A DNA stretch of 64,000 nucleotides from an uncultured Candidatus Saccharibacteria bacterium (GTDB lineage Bacteria > Patescibacteriota > Saccharimonadia > Saccharimonadales > AWTP1-31), in the NCBI GenBank assembly GCA_964629815.1, contig CAZVTA010000003.1, positions 112,721 to 176,720 on the forward strand, read 5' to 3'. Position 1 is the first letter of the stretch; each line of letters starts with the position of its first letter. The position numbers and the translations under genes are program-made. Shown here one piece after another: positions 1 through 9,597 of this stretch. A model generated the notes under the pieces. That model worked only from the letters and a program-made list of their open reading frames with translations. It made no database searches and was not told the origin of the DNA.

Positions 1-518
1 CCGACACCCAGGAATTTATGTGTCAAAAGCCATATCTTGTACGGTAGATTAATAAAGAATGTGATTATGAGTAGAACCACCAAAAACATGAAGCCGATAG
101 ATCCGTAAAGGATATCTAATCGCTCCAAATTTGGTATTAATAGATCAGCGGCGGACTCGATTGAGCTGGGCACTAAACGCAGGCTTAGTGCCAACGGGTG
201 TGCGATAAGTGTAACGAGGGCTAAACCCCCAATAAGGTGGTGAGCGATATACACTTTATTAAGTCCGCCGAACAGATTTTCTAGAAACTTTATGCGTGTA
301 CTAAGGAAAAGGTTGAATGCATACATGGTAAGCCCAATAAGGCCACTGAGCTTACCAATGCTGTGTAGCGTTGCGACGGGTGTGCCAAAACTGTATGACA
401 AAGGTTCCAGCGTCATCCATCTGATTGCCGGTACAAGACATAAGAATGCCAGAAGTGGCCAGCCAATTTTTCGTGTAAATCGGAACAGGTCAAATTTTGC
501 TAACTGCATATCTAGCAT
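1..518 (-). CDS. Ferric-reductase-like transmembrane domain protein (N-terminal part; runs off left window edge)
   Basis: Own minus-strand translation from ATG at 518: MLDMQLAKFDLFRFTRKIGWPLLAFLCLVPA...NKVYIAHHLIGGLALVTLIAHPLAL... Several TM helices with His pairs as in heme-b ferric reductase/MsrQ-like domains. Not in the ORF track because there is no stop inside the window. Confidence 0.5.
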   Translation of the reverse strand, partial: MLDMQLAKFDLFRFTRKIGWPLLAFLCLVPAIRWMTLEPLSYSFGTPVATLHSIGKLSGLIGLTMYAFNLFLSTRIKFLENLFGGLNKVYIAHHLIGGLALVTLIAHPLALSLRLVPSSIESAADLLIPNLERLDILYGSIGFMFLVVLLIITFFINLPYKIWLLTHKFLGV

Positions 519-550
519 TAAGCATAACAGACATTGTGCATAAAAGGCAT

Positions 551-2326
551 CTAGTCTTCTATGAAGCCACCCGATTGATGGTTCCATAGGTCAGCGTAGA
601 TACCCTTTTTCTGTATGAGCTCGCTATGGGATCCTTGTTCGGCGATGCGCCCATTGCTGAGTACAATGATGCGGTCCATTTTTTGCACAGTGCTCAACCG
701 GTGCGCAATGACAACGGTGGTTCGTCCGTCGATGAGTTTCCAAAGTGCCTCTTGAATTAGTACTTCGCTTTCAGAATCGAGTGCGCTCGTTGCCTCGTCT
801 AGGACCACGATTGGCGCATCTTTGATCATTGCACGGGCAATAGCAATGCGTTGTCTTTGACCGCCCGATAGCTTGACGCCCCGCTCGCCAACCAATGTGT
901 CATATCCGTCGGGTAAATCTTTAATGAATTCATGCGCATTTGCGAGTCTTGCAACCTGTTCAATCTCTTTCTTCGATGCATTTGGTTTACCGTAGGCAAT
1001 ATTCTCTGCCAGCGAACGGTGAAAGAGCAAGGGCTCTTGCGGTACGTAGGTGATTTTTTTGTGCAAGTCATCTTGTGTAATGCTTCGTACATCTTGTCCG
1101 TCTACCTTTACCGAGCCGTCCGAGATGTCGCTAAATCGTAGCAATAAGCGAGTAAGTGTGGACTTGCCTGAGCCAGAGTGTCCAACAAGACCTATTTTTT
1201 CACCCGGTCGTATATGCAGATTAAAGTTATTGAACAAGGCTTTTTTATTGCCGTCGTGCGTAAATGAAACGTTTGCAAATTCAACTTCTCCATTGCCCAC
1301 TGCCACAGTTTCTGGAGAAACCGGGTCTTTTATTTTTGGCTCAAGCGTCAATATTTTTGCCATGTCGCTTGCATCGCCAAGTGCGCGGTTGTAATTTCGT
1401 AACGAGCTGTTACTGAAGTTGAAAAGCTGGTCGGCAATGGTAGCCGAGTAGTTTAATATCAAAAACACTGTTGCTACGTTTGCGCCATAGTTCACTATGC
1501 TTATGGCTGCAGCAATAAGCGCTGTTATCTGCATAATGCGCGTAAACATAGAAAAGACGGTTATTTGTAGCAAAAAATAGCGAATTACACGGTATAACGA
1601 CTTCTGGGTATTCCGCGTGTATCTACTGAAGCGTGCGTCTTCGTGTTTCTTTGCAGAGTAGCTCTTGATAGCAAGTATATTGGTGATGCTGTCAGCTAAA
1701 GCTCCAGTCTGTTTGCTTTCGGTTGTAGCATGGTGAGCCCCGGCTTTTCGTGATTTGTTGGTCAGTAGAACAGCGCTTGTAATAAACAGGACCACTACAA
1801 TGTTAAACAGGATAACGAACAAAGGGGCGCGCTTATATAGTAGTATCGACGTAAAGAATACGCCCCACAACAAAGGCAGCGTGCCGTAAATAGTAGTATC
1901 GGCAATACGGACGTATGCGCCGACCAGCTTGTTTGTTTGCGACACAAGCGAGCCCGTAAAGTGATTGGCATGAAAATCAGCACTTAAGCTTAGAAGATGG
2001 CTATGTACTTTCTCGGCCAGCGATTTTGTAACACGACCTTCTAACGGCCATGTCGAGAAATCTACTATACGCCATGTAAGTACGCCGAAAAGCATGATCG
2101 CCGCATACCAAAAAAGCTGCGGGCCAAAACTTGCTAGCACATTACCTTTTTCATATGCACCCCGTGCAAGTTTGTCGAGTATGTTTGCTGCAATAAGTGG
2201 GGGGAGAAAATTATTAACGAAAGTTGTAACTGGTATAGTGACTAACGCGACCAATACCAGCAGGGGGTGTCTTGAAACATGCTCCCAATAGAGTTTTAAT
2301 GTGGTTTTTGCATGAATGGATTTCAT
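551..2326 (-). CDS. ABC exporter, fused permease + ATPase (MsbA-like type I exporter)
   Basis: 591 aa; TM-rich N-terminal half; Walker A GHSGSGKST, signature LSGGQRQR, Walker B VVLDEATSALD. Confidence 0.9.
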   Translation of the reverse strand: MKSIHAKTTLKLYWEHVSRHPLLVLVALVTIPVTTFVNNFLPPLIAANILDKLARGAYEKGNVLASFGPQLFWYAAIMLFGVLTWRIVDFSTWPLEGRVTKSLAEKVHSHLLSLSADFHANHFTGSLVSQTNKLVGAYVRIADTTIYGTLPLLWGVFFTSILLYKRAPLFVILFNIVVVLFITSAVLLTNKSRKAGAHHATTESKQTGALADSITNILAIKSYSAKKHEDARFSRYTRNTQKSLYRVIRYFLLQITVFSMFTRIMQITALIAAAISIVNYGANVATVFLILNYSATIADQLFNFSNSSLRNYNRALGDASDMAKILTLEPKIKDPVSPETVAVGNGEVEFANVSFTHDGNKKALFNNFNLHIRPGEKIGLVGHSGSGKSTLTRLLLRFSDISDGSVKVDGQDVRSITQDDLHKKITYVPQEPLLFHRSLAENIAYGKPNASKKEIEQVARLANAHEFIKDLPDGYDTLVGERGVKLSGGQRQRIAIARAMIKDAPIVVLDEATSALDSESEVLIQEALWKLIDGRTTVVIAHRLSTVQKMDRIIVLSNGRIAEQGSHSELIQKKGIYADLWNHQSGGFIED

Positions 2327-2580
2327 ATGCAGCCTCCTGCTGCAGTTTAGTTAAGGGTGATGATATTTTTTGTGGTTAACAACGAACCGGTGCGTTTAAG
2401 CTTGGTCGCTGCAGGCGACCGAAGAGACGCTGAGATAGCTAAAAGAGCTATACATGATGTTGTGGCCGCCTTTCCTTTATGTTGACAATTACAACAACTG
2501 TAGCATAAGCGCACCGAAAAAAACAAGTGAACAGAATGAAAAGTTGTAAAAAAGACAAGATAATGATATAATACATAATT

Positions 2581-2886
2581 ATGAATGCAGATTCTATGGA
2601 TGTTATGCCATTGGGTGAATGCGAATTCCGTACTGGGCTTATGGAAGAGCTTGATAAGGCTCAAGAAGAGTTTAAACGACACGATCTAGGTGGTCACTTA
2701 GATCCACGAGCAATTGGCAACGAAGGTCTAATGGCTCGTGCCGAACGGCGCGTTGAAGAACTTGCTCGTCTTATTACTAATTGCGCACTGCTTTGTCAGA
2801 GCTGTGGAATTGAGAGTATGTCGCGCAATAATCCTATTACTACGCCGGTATCTCGTGCAGAATGTCCCATGAAAAACCAGCAATAA
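2581..2886 (+). CDS. Hypothetical small protein
   Basis: 101-aa ORF; TTGTAA-17-TATAAT promoter-like sequence (2544-2572) ends 8 nt before the ATG; no recognisable motif. Confidence 0.4.
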   Translation: MNADSMDVMPLGECEFRTGLMEELDKAQEEFKRHDLGGHLDPRAIGNEGLMARAERRVEELARLITNCALLCQSCGIESMSRNNPITTPVSRAECPMKNQQ

Positions 2887-2924
2887 GCTTGCAATAACAG
2901 GGGTAAACGGTATACTAGATTCGT

Positions 2925-3806
2925 ATGAATAAAGTCATCTTATATTACAAATTTGTACCTGTTACAGACCCTGCAATGACTGTTCGGTGGCAGAAAGAGT
3001 TGTGCGCACGTTTGCAGCTAAAAGGCCGCATAATCGTGAGTAAGCACGGCATTAACGGTACGCTTGGGGGTGATATCGAAAACCTACGCGAGTACAAACG
3101 CGAAATGAATCGATCGGTTGTATTCAAGGGGATTGTATATAAGTGGAGCAATGGTAATGGCGAAGAGTTTCCTCGTTTGAGCGTAAAAGAGCGTCCGGAG
3201 CTTGTCGCTTTTGGTGTGCCCGACGAAGTGCAGGTTGACGAAAAGGGTGTTGTTGGCGGCGGCAAGCACCTAAAGCCCGAGGCACTTCATAAGCTCATGG
3301 CAGAAAAGGGCAACGATGTAGTTTTTTTTGATGGACGTAACGCGTACGAAGCAGCCGTTGGAAAATTCAAAGATGCTATTGTTCCTGAAACCGAGACAAC
3401 ACACGATTTTATTTCGGAAATTGAAAGTGAAAAGTACGACAATATTAAGGACAAGCCAGTTGTTACCTACTGTACCGGTGGAGTACGCTGCGAAATTTTA
3501 AGTGCCCTTATGAAGAAACGCGGCTTTAAGGATGTTTATCAAATTGACGGTGGTATTGTGAAGTACGGCGAGAAGTATGGTGATGATGGCCTATGGGAAG
3601 GTTCGTTATATATATTCGACGGCCGTATGAATCATCGTTTTTCTGACAAGTCCCAAGATATTGGTACATGCATTTACTGCAATAAAAATACCAGTCGGTA
3701 TATAAATTGTGCCGATGTATCGTGCAACAAACTTGTATTGGTTTGTGAACAATGTGATCAAAAAACACACTGCAAAACACACCAAAAGCAGACCACTAGA
3801 GTGTAG
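2925..3806 (+). CDS. trhO: Rhodanese-domain tRNA uridine(34) hydroxylase family (UPF0176/TrhO-like)
   Basis: 293 aa; rhodanese active-site loop CTGGVRCE; C-terminal Cys-rich tail; TATACT box at 2911-2916, 8 nt before the ATG. Confidence 0.75.
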   Translation: MNKVILYYKFVPVTDPAMTVRWQKELCARLQLKGRIIVSKHGINGTLGGDIENLREYKREMNRSVVFKGIVYKWSNGNGEEFPRLSVKERPELVAFGVPDEVQVDEKGVVGGGKHLKPEALHKLMAEKGNDVVFFDGRNAYEAAVGKFKDAIVPETETTHDFISEIESEKYDNIKDKPVVTYCTGGVRCEILSALMKKRGFKDVYQIDGGIVKYGEKYGDDGLWEGSLYIFDGRMNHRFSDKSQDIGTCIYCNKNTSRYINCADVSCNKLVLVCEQCDQKTHCKTHQKQTTRV

Positions 3807-3822
3807 TAAAACTTACATTTAT

Positions 3823-4010
3823 TTGACATACCAACCACTTTATTGATATTTGTGGTATTACAACTGAGTGTTGGTTGTAGACAATGAAACATAACTCGTA
3901 TTTGGACGCTTGAGTTATGTGGAGTCAGTAGCGTAACCGGGCAACCAAACTTTCTCTGCTATAACGGCTCGAGAGGTTTGGACCCTAACAGGCCAAACCT
4001 CTTTTGTATT
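3823..4010 (+). promoter_or_regulatory. Candidate leader/attenuator: promoter-like TTGACA (3823-3828), hairpin 3890-3919, mutually exclusive antiterminator (3945-3956 with 3971-3981) and terminator (3971-3981 with 3993-4002, then TTTGTATT)
   Basis: Segments CCAAACTTTCTC / GAGAGGTTTGG / CCAAACCTCT read directly. The middle segment can pair with either neighbour. No obvious promoter lies between the terminator and the SD-led ATG at 4083. Confidence 0.4.
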
Positions 4011-4082
4011 AGCTAAATAAATATGCAAAGTGAGCGAGTCTAGTGACTGAGCCTAGCTACGCATATGCCAAAAGGAGATACA

Positions 4083-6986
4083 ATGCCCGAACACAGCCCT
4101 GCACGCTATTCGGAAGAGCTTACAAAATTAATGGCGTGTACAGATAATGATTCCTTAGTGCGCGTACATGATGCACTGTATGTTCGTGATGGCGAAGACT
4201 GGCAGTACCTACACCATGTAGGCGGAGTGCGACTATATGATCCTCGATACGACGAAGTGAAAACAAATGGCCAGCCCCAAGAACTGAAGCCGTGGGAGCA
4301 GTTTGTGCTAAACGGTGATTTTACAGTAATTGGCGACTACTTTCGCGACGGTAGACATCGCGATGTTGGTGCACGAGTACTTGGGGTTGAAGCAACAGAT
4401 TTATGTGCAGATGCACTACGAGAAGAGTTGGTAAGAGGCAAGGACCAGCTTGTATCGTTTGGCCAAGCCGGTAAAACGGTTGCGGTTGCCGCAGGCGATG
4501 GGGTAGTGTTTATGGCCCGGAAGACAGGCGAACATTCTAAGCAAATTGTCGCAGCAGCGGCTGCATCTGCCGTGCTATTTGGTGGTGTTGGGCTGCGTAT
4601 GGATCATATGGTTCCCGAACAGCCCGTGCCCACAGAACAAGCGCACGCCGCGACGCGGGGCGTTTCGATTGCAGTGCACGTAGATTCAACGACGGATGTC
4701 GAGGATTTGTCGTATCAGGTTGGTATGCCGCTCGAGCAAGTGCGACTTTCTGCCGACGGCAAAACGGCACACGTTACTATTCCACAGCCAACAATATTAC
4801 CAAAAATGACGCATGAACAAGAGACAGAACTTGCAACTCAGCTTGGTATTGATCCTCAGGTTATGAAAGCTGCCAACGAAGATACAACGAGCACAATTGT
4901 GCCGGTTCAGGACCTCGAGTTGGTACAGGTTACGGCGATAAGCCCAAATACTAAAGCAGTAGCGCAGGCGGTAGGCTTGCATGAGCAGGCAGTACAGGCA
5001 GTAACGATTGGCGATGAACATATGCTTGCCATGAGAACGCACATGATTGATGCCGACCCAACGGTTTGGGAAGACATGGCTTCCATCGTTTCTGTCGCAG
5101 CAAATTTACCTGAAAACGCTCAACAAAAAACTACGGTGGTTGAGGGCCAGACACCTGCAGAAGTGGCGCCGACACCGCAACCTGCACCCGAAGTTATAAC
5201 TCCCGAAGCAAAATATCATAAAGACATAGCAGAGGTGCAAAAAGCGCTCGAACATGCAGTTCAGACAGGGGGAGACCTTGGTCCGTTAAATCATATGGTA
5301 GTCTATTCGCCGTTATTTAACCCACGGCACGATTTGCCAGGCGATCTTGAATCTACTCGGCGTATACGATATATGCCACCTTCAAATCTGATGGAAATAC
5401 CCGGTTTGAAATACGAGTTTTCTCGTGGGGCGGGCGATATGCAGCGCTATGCAACTAATGAGACGGTCGCGACCACACTATACCTAGCGTATGCTTACCA
5501 ACAATATCTTGCACAGCATCCAGAATTACAGGCTACAATTGGCAACTCGTGTTTGCGGATTGGTGATTTGTCTGCAAAACACGATCATAAAACACACCAT
5601 GGTTCCATGGTGGACTACACTTCAAGCTTAAACTGCGACGTTCAGCACGGTCACCAGGTGGCAGATGGTCCTGTATTGTGGCTCAACCGTTCAACCGGCG
5701 GTGTGAGCGGAAGAATTGAAAATCCGCATTATGACCGAGCTATGGACATGTTCTTGCTGCAGGCACTAATGGGGGCTCATATTGGCGACAACTCATTAGT
5801 AGGCTCGATCCTCTACAACATTGATGGTGTAGATGTGCCGCGTTTGAAGAAGGCTGCAAACCATAGCAATCACGCTCATATAAATACAGCACCAGCGTTT
5901 AAAGATCTGCACCTGAAGGAATTTGCAGTTGGGGGTGAGCGTCCAGAGCTTAATCTAGATGGTTTGCGGGCAAGCGTGTTTGGTGATTACGTCCAAGGTT
6001 ACGGAGTGCCTGGTGTAAGTGATATGCCCCTATCCACGCTTGAGCAGCCAACTCAGCCGGCTCCCGTCGCACCTGAAGCAGTGGTAGCTGCGCAGGAAGT
6101 TACTGCTTCGCCTGAAGATCAATTTAAGTGGCATGTTGGTATGCTATTGAACGAAATTGCAGCCGGCGAGGGTGGGTATGATTCGGTTAACCGTGGTGTT
6201 GCCGGCGACACAAAAGTTGGCAGCGAAGCCTACCAGCGATTGTTTAGTGGACGGCAGTTGTCGCAGCTGACGATTGCAGAAATTCAGGCTAGCGATGCGT
6301 TTGCGGTGGGTAAATATCAGTTCATACCAAAAACCCTCGAGTCTGCAGTTCGTGCTTTGGGATTCGATAGAAATCGTGTGTTCGATTCTGCAACACAAGA
6401 TGAACTTGCAACAAAGTACTTGTTGTTCGCCAAGCGCCCAGCGTTAGCCAACTATTTGCGTGGTCAGTCAGACGACGTAAATGCTGCGGTTACTGCGCTG
6501 TGTATGGAGTTTGCGTCGATGCCGTGTCTCGACGGTACAGGGCATTACGATGGTGATCGTGCTGGCAATAACGCTGTGGGTGGTACAGAACGCGTCGCCC
6601 ATATACGGGCGCTGCTTACAAATGTGCGCAACGCCTTTGTTGGCTCGATCCTTACGGCCTATGCAGAAGCAAATTTGCCACCGGTTGAACCAGAAGAGGT
6701 TCCGATAGCCCCGACTCCGCCTATAACGCCATCTACGACCGCGGCGGTGCAGGCCGAGCCAGAAGTAGTACCACCGGTAACTGAAGCTGAAACATCTCGC
6801 GGTGCAGCACAGCAGGACGACGTGACTGGCCCAATTGTTTCGCTTTCGGAAGAAAGTGTGCGGCGAGTGCTGGGTTCGGTGATCGATGATGAAAACCGTA
6901 TTAACGATGCACTACAACAACTACAGGTTAATGACGAAGGTAGATACCAAATATCTACACAGCAGTTAATAGAGTTATCACAATAA
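4083..6986 (+). CDS. Large membrane-anchored putative cell-wall hydrolase: LAS-type metallopeptidase-like region + lambda-lysozyme/lytic-transglycosylase-like domain, Pro/Ala-rich linkers
   Basis: Start moved to the ATG at 4083, preceded by AAAGGAGA. One TM (QIVAAAAASAVLFGGVGL). HKTHHGSMVD (~5578-5616) plus NHSNHAHI (~5859-5885) resemble the HxxH..D / HxH motifs of MepA/M15-like LAS peptidases. EGGYDSVN...VGKYQFIPKTL...FDSATQDELA (~6166-6420) resembles phage lambda R-type lysozymes. Confidence 0.55.
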   Translation: MPEHSPARYSEELTKLMACTDNDSLVRVHDALYVRDGEDWQYLHHVGGVRLYDPRYDEVKTNGQPQELKPWEQFVLNGDFTVIGDYFRDGRHRDVGARVLGVEATDLCADALREELVRGKDQLVSFGQAGKTVAVAAGDGVVFMARKTGEHSKQIVAAAAASAVLFGGVGLRMDHMVPEQPVPTEQAHAATRGVSIAVHVDSTTDVEDLSYQVGMPLEQVRLSADGKTAHVTIPQPTILPKMTHEQETELATQLGIDPQVMKAANEDTTSTIVPVQDLELVQVTAISPNTKAVAQAVGLHEQAVQAVTIGDEHMLAMRTHMIDADPTVWEDMASIVSVAANLPENAQQKTTVVEGQTPAEVAPTPQPAPEVITPEAKYHKDIAEVQKALEHAVQTGGDLGPLNHMVVYSPLFNPRHDLPGDLESTRRIRYMPPSNLMEIPGLKYEFSRGAGDMQRYATNETVATTLYLAYAYQQYLAQHPELQATIGNSCLRIGDLSAKHDHKTHHGSMVDYTSSLNCDVQHGHQVADGPVLWLNRSTGGVSGRIENPHYDRAMDMFLLQALMGAHIGDNSLVGSILYNIDGVDVPRLKKAANHSNHAHINTAPAFKDLHLKEFAVGGERPELNLDGLRASVFGDYVQGYGVPGVSDMPLSTLEQPTQPAPVAPEAVVAAQEVTASPEDQFKWHVGMLLNEIAAGEGGYDSVNRGVAGDTKVGSEAYQRLFSGRQLSQLTIAEIQASDAFAVGKYQFIPKTLESAVRALGFDRNRVFDSATQDELATKYLLFAKRPALANYLRGQSDDVNAAVTALCMEFASMPCLDGTGHYDGDRAGNNAVGGTERVAHIRALLTNVRNAFVGSILTAYAEANLPPVEPEEVPIAPTPPITPSTTAAVQAEPEVVPPVTEAETSRGAAQQDDVTGPIVSLSEESVRRVLGSVIDDENRINDALQQLQVNDEGRYQISTQQLIELSQ

Positions 6987-6995
6987 GGAGTGTAT

Positions 6996-8057
6996 ATGAA
7001 CAGAAATAGAGACGAAATTTTAGATAGTTTTCCCGAGGGTGAAGAGTTGTTTGCTGATCGCCGTGAACCACAAGTGGGCACGATCACAGAGCCTCGACAG
7101 GGTGTTTCGTACGCCATACCCGCTCGCCCAAGTAAGGCTGAACGCACTGTACGACCTGAACGAGCAAAACCACGTCTTGGTATCCGGGCAAAACTCGTCG
7201 GTCTTGCCGCCATTGCTGCTAGTGCAACTCTTGCAGCCGACAGACTGGGAGTTATCGACATACCAATCCCCGACCTTAACCCGTCACCAGGTCAGGAGGC
7301 GGGTACCTTTGCCATGTCAGATGTCGTAATGTCTAAGTTCAAGGCAAGCAGCAGTAATGCCACGGGCAACGTTACTGTTTCGGTCGCCAGTATGACCCAG
7401 CAGTGGGTTGATAAGCCAGAAGCTGGCGAGAAGCTCAATCCACACGAAACCATGGTACTGCGAAATGGTAAGTACCAAGCGGTGTGGGGAGTACAGGGCT
7501 TATGGCAGGCGAATAAAACGCAAGCTGGTGTAGAGGTTTTGTTGCCGGCAGTAACGGCGCTTAATCTCGATACTACGAAAGACCCGGTTGTTGACGAGAG
7601 TAAATCAAGTCGAGCAGCCGTGCAGAAACTGGGGGGTATTTTTGGGGGAGATACCGATGATGCAACGCCGCGAAAAAACGCACGAAAGGCACTACGCGAA
7701 TGGATGTCTGACCCACGAAAAAGCGGTCAATATCAGACGCTACTTGCCTGCACGGCAATCGCAGGCGCTGCCGATAATGCGGGCAGTTTACTCCAGGCTA
7801 TGGATGTGGCGGCAAATGTCGAACGGTATTATCCTCCTCGCTCTGAAAAACCAGCGGTTCTTGAGAATGCTCCGACAATATCGTTCCGTATCCCTGACCC
7901 CACAAAGCAAAAAACAACTCTCGGTATGTCAGATTGTCTCGATGAACTCGACGGAATTGGCTACAGCAGCAAATTGGGTGCAAGTGAGCAAAAAAGCATC
8001 ATTGGTATGGGGTCGACCACTATTGGTTCACTCAAACTAGACCCACAGGTGCAGTAA
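6996..8057 (+). CDS. Hypothetical single-pass membrane protein
   Basis: AGGAG SD 6 nt before the ATG at 6996; TM LVGLAAIAASATLAA; starts 10 nt after the upstream hydrolase gene, so probably co-transcribed. Confidence 0.6.
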   Translation: MNRNRDEILDSFPEGEELFADRREPQVGTITEPRQGVSYAIPARPSKAERTVRPERAKPRLGIRAKLVGLAAIAASATLAADRLGVIDIPIPDLNPSPGQEAGTFAMSDVVMSKFKASSSNATGNVTVSVASMTQQWVDKPEAGEKLNPHETMVLRNGKYQAVWGVQGLWQANKTQAGVEVLLPAVTALNLDTTKDPVVDESKSSRAAVQKLGGIFGGDTDDATPRKNARKALREWMSDPRKSGQYQTLLACTAIAGAADNAGSLLQAMDVAANVERYYPPRSEKPAVLENAPTISFRIPDPTKQKTTLGMSDCLDELDGIGYSSKLGASEQKSIIGMGSTTIGSLKLDPQVQ

Positions 8058-8083
8058 GCCCGTTTTCGACGTATACTATAGGG

Positions 8084-9577
8084 GTGAATACAGCGCTCAA
8101 AGAAAAGTTACAGTCATTGCCAAATGCTCCTGGTGTTTATTTTCATAAAGATGCAGCCGGGCACATTATTTATGTGGGTAAAGCGGCAGTTTTAAAAAAC
8201 CGAGTCCGTCAGTATTTTCAGGCATCGCGAAACCGTGACCCGAAAACCGAGCTACTTGTAAGTGAAATTGCCGACACAGACTGGCAAGTGGTCGATAGCG
8301 AGATAGAAGCACTGTTCCTCGAAGCAGAACTCATCCGGCGGTATTTGCCACGTTACAATATCTTGTTGCGCGACGATAAGTCGACCAGTTTTGTTCGAAT
8401 TGATTTCAAGGCACGGTATCCAACCGTAACGCTCACGCGACGACCACTCGACGATAGTGCAACGTATTACGGGCCGTATCTTAGTACTATTGGTTTAAAG
8501 CGGGCGCTCAAATATTTGCGGCGAATTTTTCCCTATTCAACACATACAGTTTTACCAAAACGAGCCTGTTTACAGGCGCACATTGGCCTGTGTCCAAACC
8601 CAGAGAGTGGTGAGCTCGATGAAAAGCAATATAAACACGAACTCAAGCGCTTAGTGCGCGTTTTGCAGGGGCAACGCGCAACACTCATTAAAGACTTTGA
8701 AAAAGATATGAACACGGCCGCTAAGCGTGGCGAATATGAGCAAGCTGCAAAACTCAGAGACAGGTTGTTTGCCCTCAAGAATCTTGGTCAGCAAGTTATT
8801 TTTAGCGATAAAGAATTCCAAGACCTCAGCAAAGACCATGCACTCGTAGAGCTGACCGACCTGCTAGGTCTCACTAAAGTACCAAAACGCATCGAAGGGT
8901 TTGATATTAGTCATATGAGTGGTACCGACACGGTTGCCAGTATGGTGGTGTTTACGAATGGCGTATCAGACAAAGCCAACTATCGAAAATTTAAAATGCG
9001 CATACCCGGCAACGATGATTTTGTACATATGCACGAGGCGATCTCGCGGCGCTTTAGCGAGGCGAATGTCAAGAAATGGGGTAAACCCGATTTATTACTG
9101 ATCGATGGTGGTAAAGGGCAGCTTTCCATGGCGCTCAAAGCCTTACAAGAGCGGGGTATAGAGCTTCCGGCAATTGGGCTCGCTAAAAAACAAGAAGAAA
9201 TTGTTATTAAGAAAGACTGGCACCCAGTGCAACTTAATCACGAATATGCCACGAAGCAGCGCGCTTATATTTTCGACAGCAATGATTTTGTGCGAATAGA
9301 TTTACCGGACAGTTCACACGTCGTTAAGTTGCTACAGCGTATACGCGATGAGTCGCATCGGTTTGCGGTCAGCTATCATTCTGTTTTAAAGGTGAAGCGC
9401 CAAACGGCTAGTCTTTTGGACGAGGTGCCCGGTATTGGCCCAGTACTAAAAAAACGCTTACTTACGACCTTTGGTAGTCTAATGGGCGTGCAACAAGCAC
9501 GGAATGCAGATCTTGTGCGAGTGCTCGGTGAAAAACAAGCGGTCATTTTACGGCAATACTTGCGGGCACATAAATAG
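8084..9577 (+). CDS. uvrC: Excinuclease ABC subunit C (compact, 497 aa)
   Basis: GIY-YIG N-terminus (GVYFHKDAAGHIIYVGKAAVLKNRV), UVR motif (EYEQAAKLRDRLFAL), C-terminal HhH (VPGIGPVLKKRLL). GTG start 6 nt after TATACT (8072-8077). Confidence 0.9.
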   Translation: MNTALKEKLQSLPNAPGVYFHKDAAGHIIYVGKAAVLKNRVRQYFQASRNRDPKTELLVSEIADTDWQVVDSEIEALFLEAELIRRYLPRYNILLRDDKSTSFVRIDFKARYPTVTLTRRPLDDSATYYGPYLSTIGLKRALKYLRRIFPYSTHTVLPKRACLQAHIGLCPNPESGELDEKQYKHELKRLVRVLQGQRATLIKDFEKDMNTAAKRGEYEQAAKLRDRLFALKNLGQQVIFSDKEFQDLSKDHALVELTDLLGLTKVPKRIEGFDISHMSGTDTVASMVVFTNGVSDKANYRKFKMRIPGNDDFVHMHEAISRRFSEANVKKWGKPDLLLIDGGKGQLSMALKALQERGIELPAIGLAKKQEEIVIKKDWHPVQLNHEYATKQRAYIFDSNDFVRIDLPDSSHVVKLLQRIRDESHRFAVSYHSVLKVKRQTASLLDEVPGIGPVLKKRLLTTFGSLMGVQQARNADLVRVLGEKQAVILRQYLRAHK

Positions 9578-9597
9578 TGCTATACTAGATAGCTGTC

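Noticed and set aside
292-543. 83-aa plus-strand ORF at the left edge.
   Set aside because: The opposite strand encodes a much more convincing multi-TM ferric-reductase-like protein that continues off the window.
6659-7261. 200-aa minus-strand ORF.
   Set aside because: It is antisense to the end of the 967-aa gene and the start of 6996-8057. Its Ser/Ala/Gly-rich composition is typical of a shadow frame.
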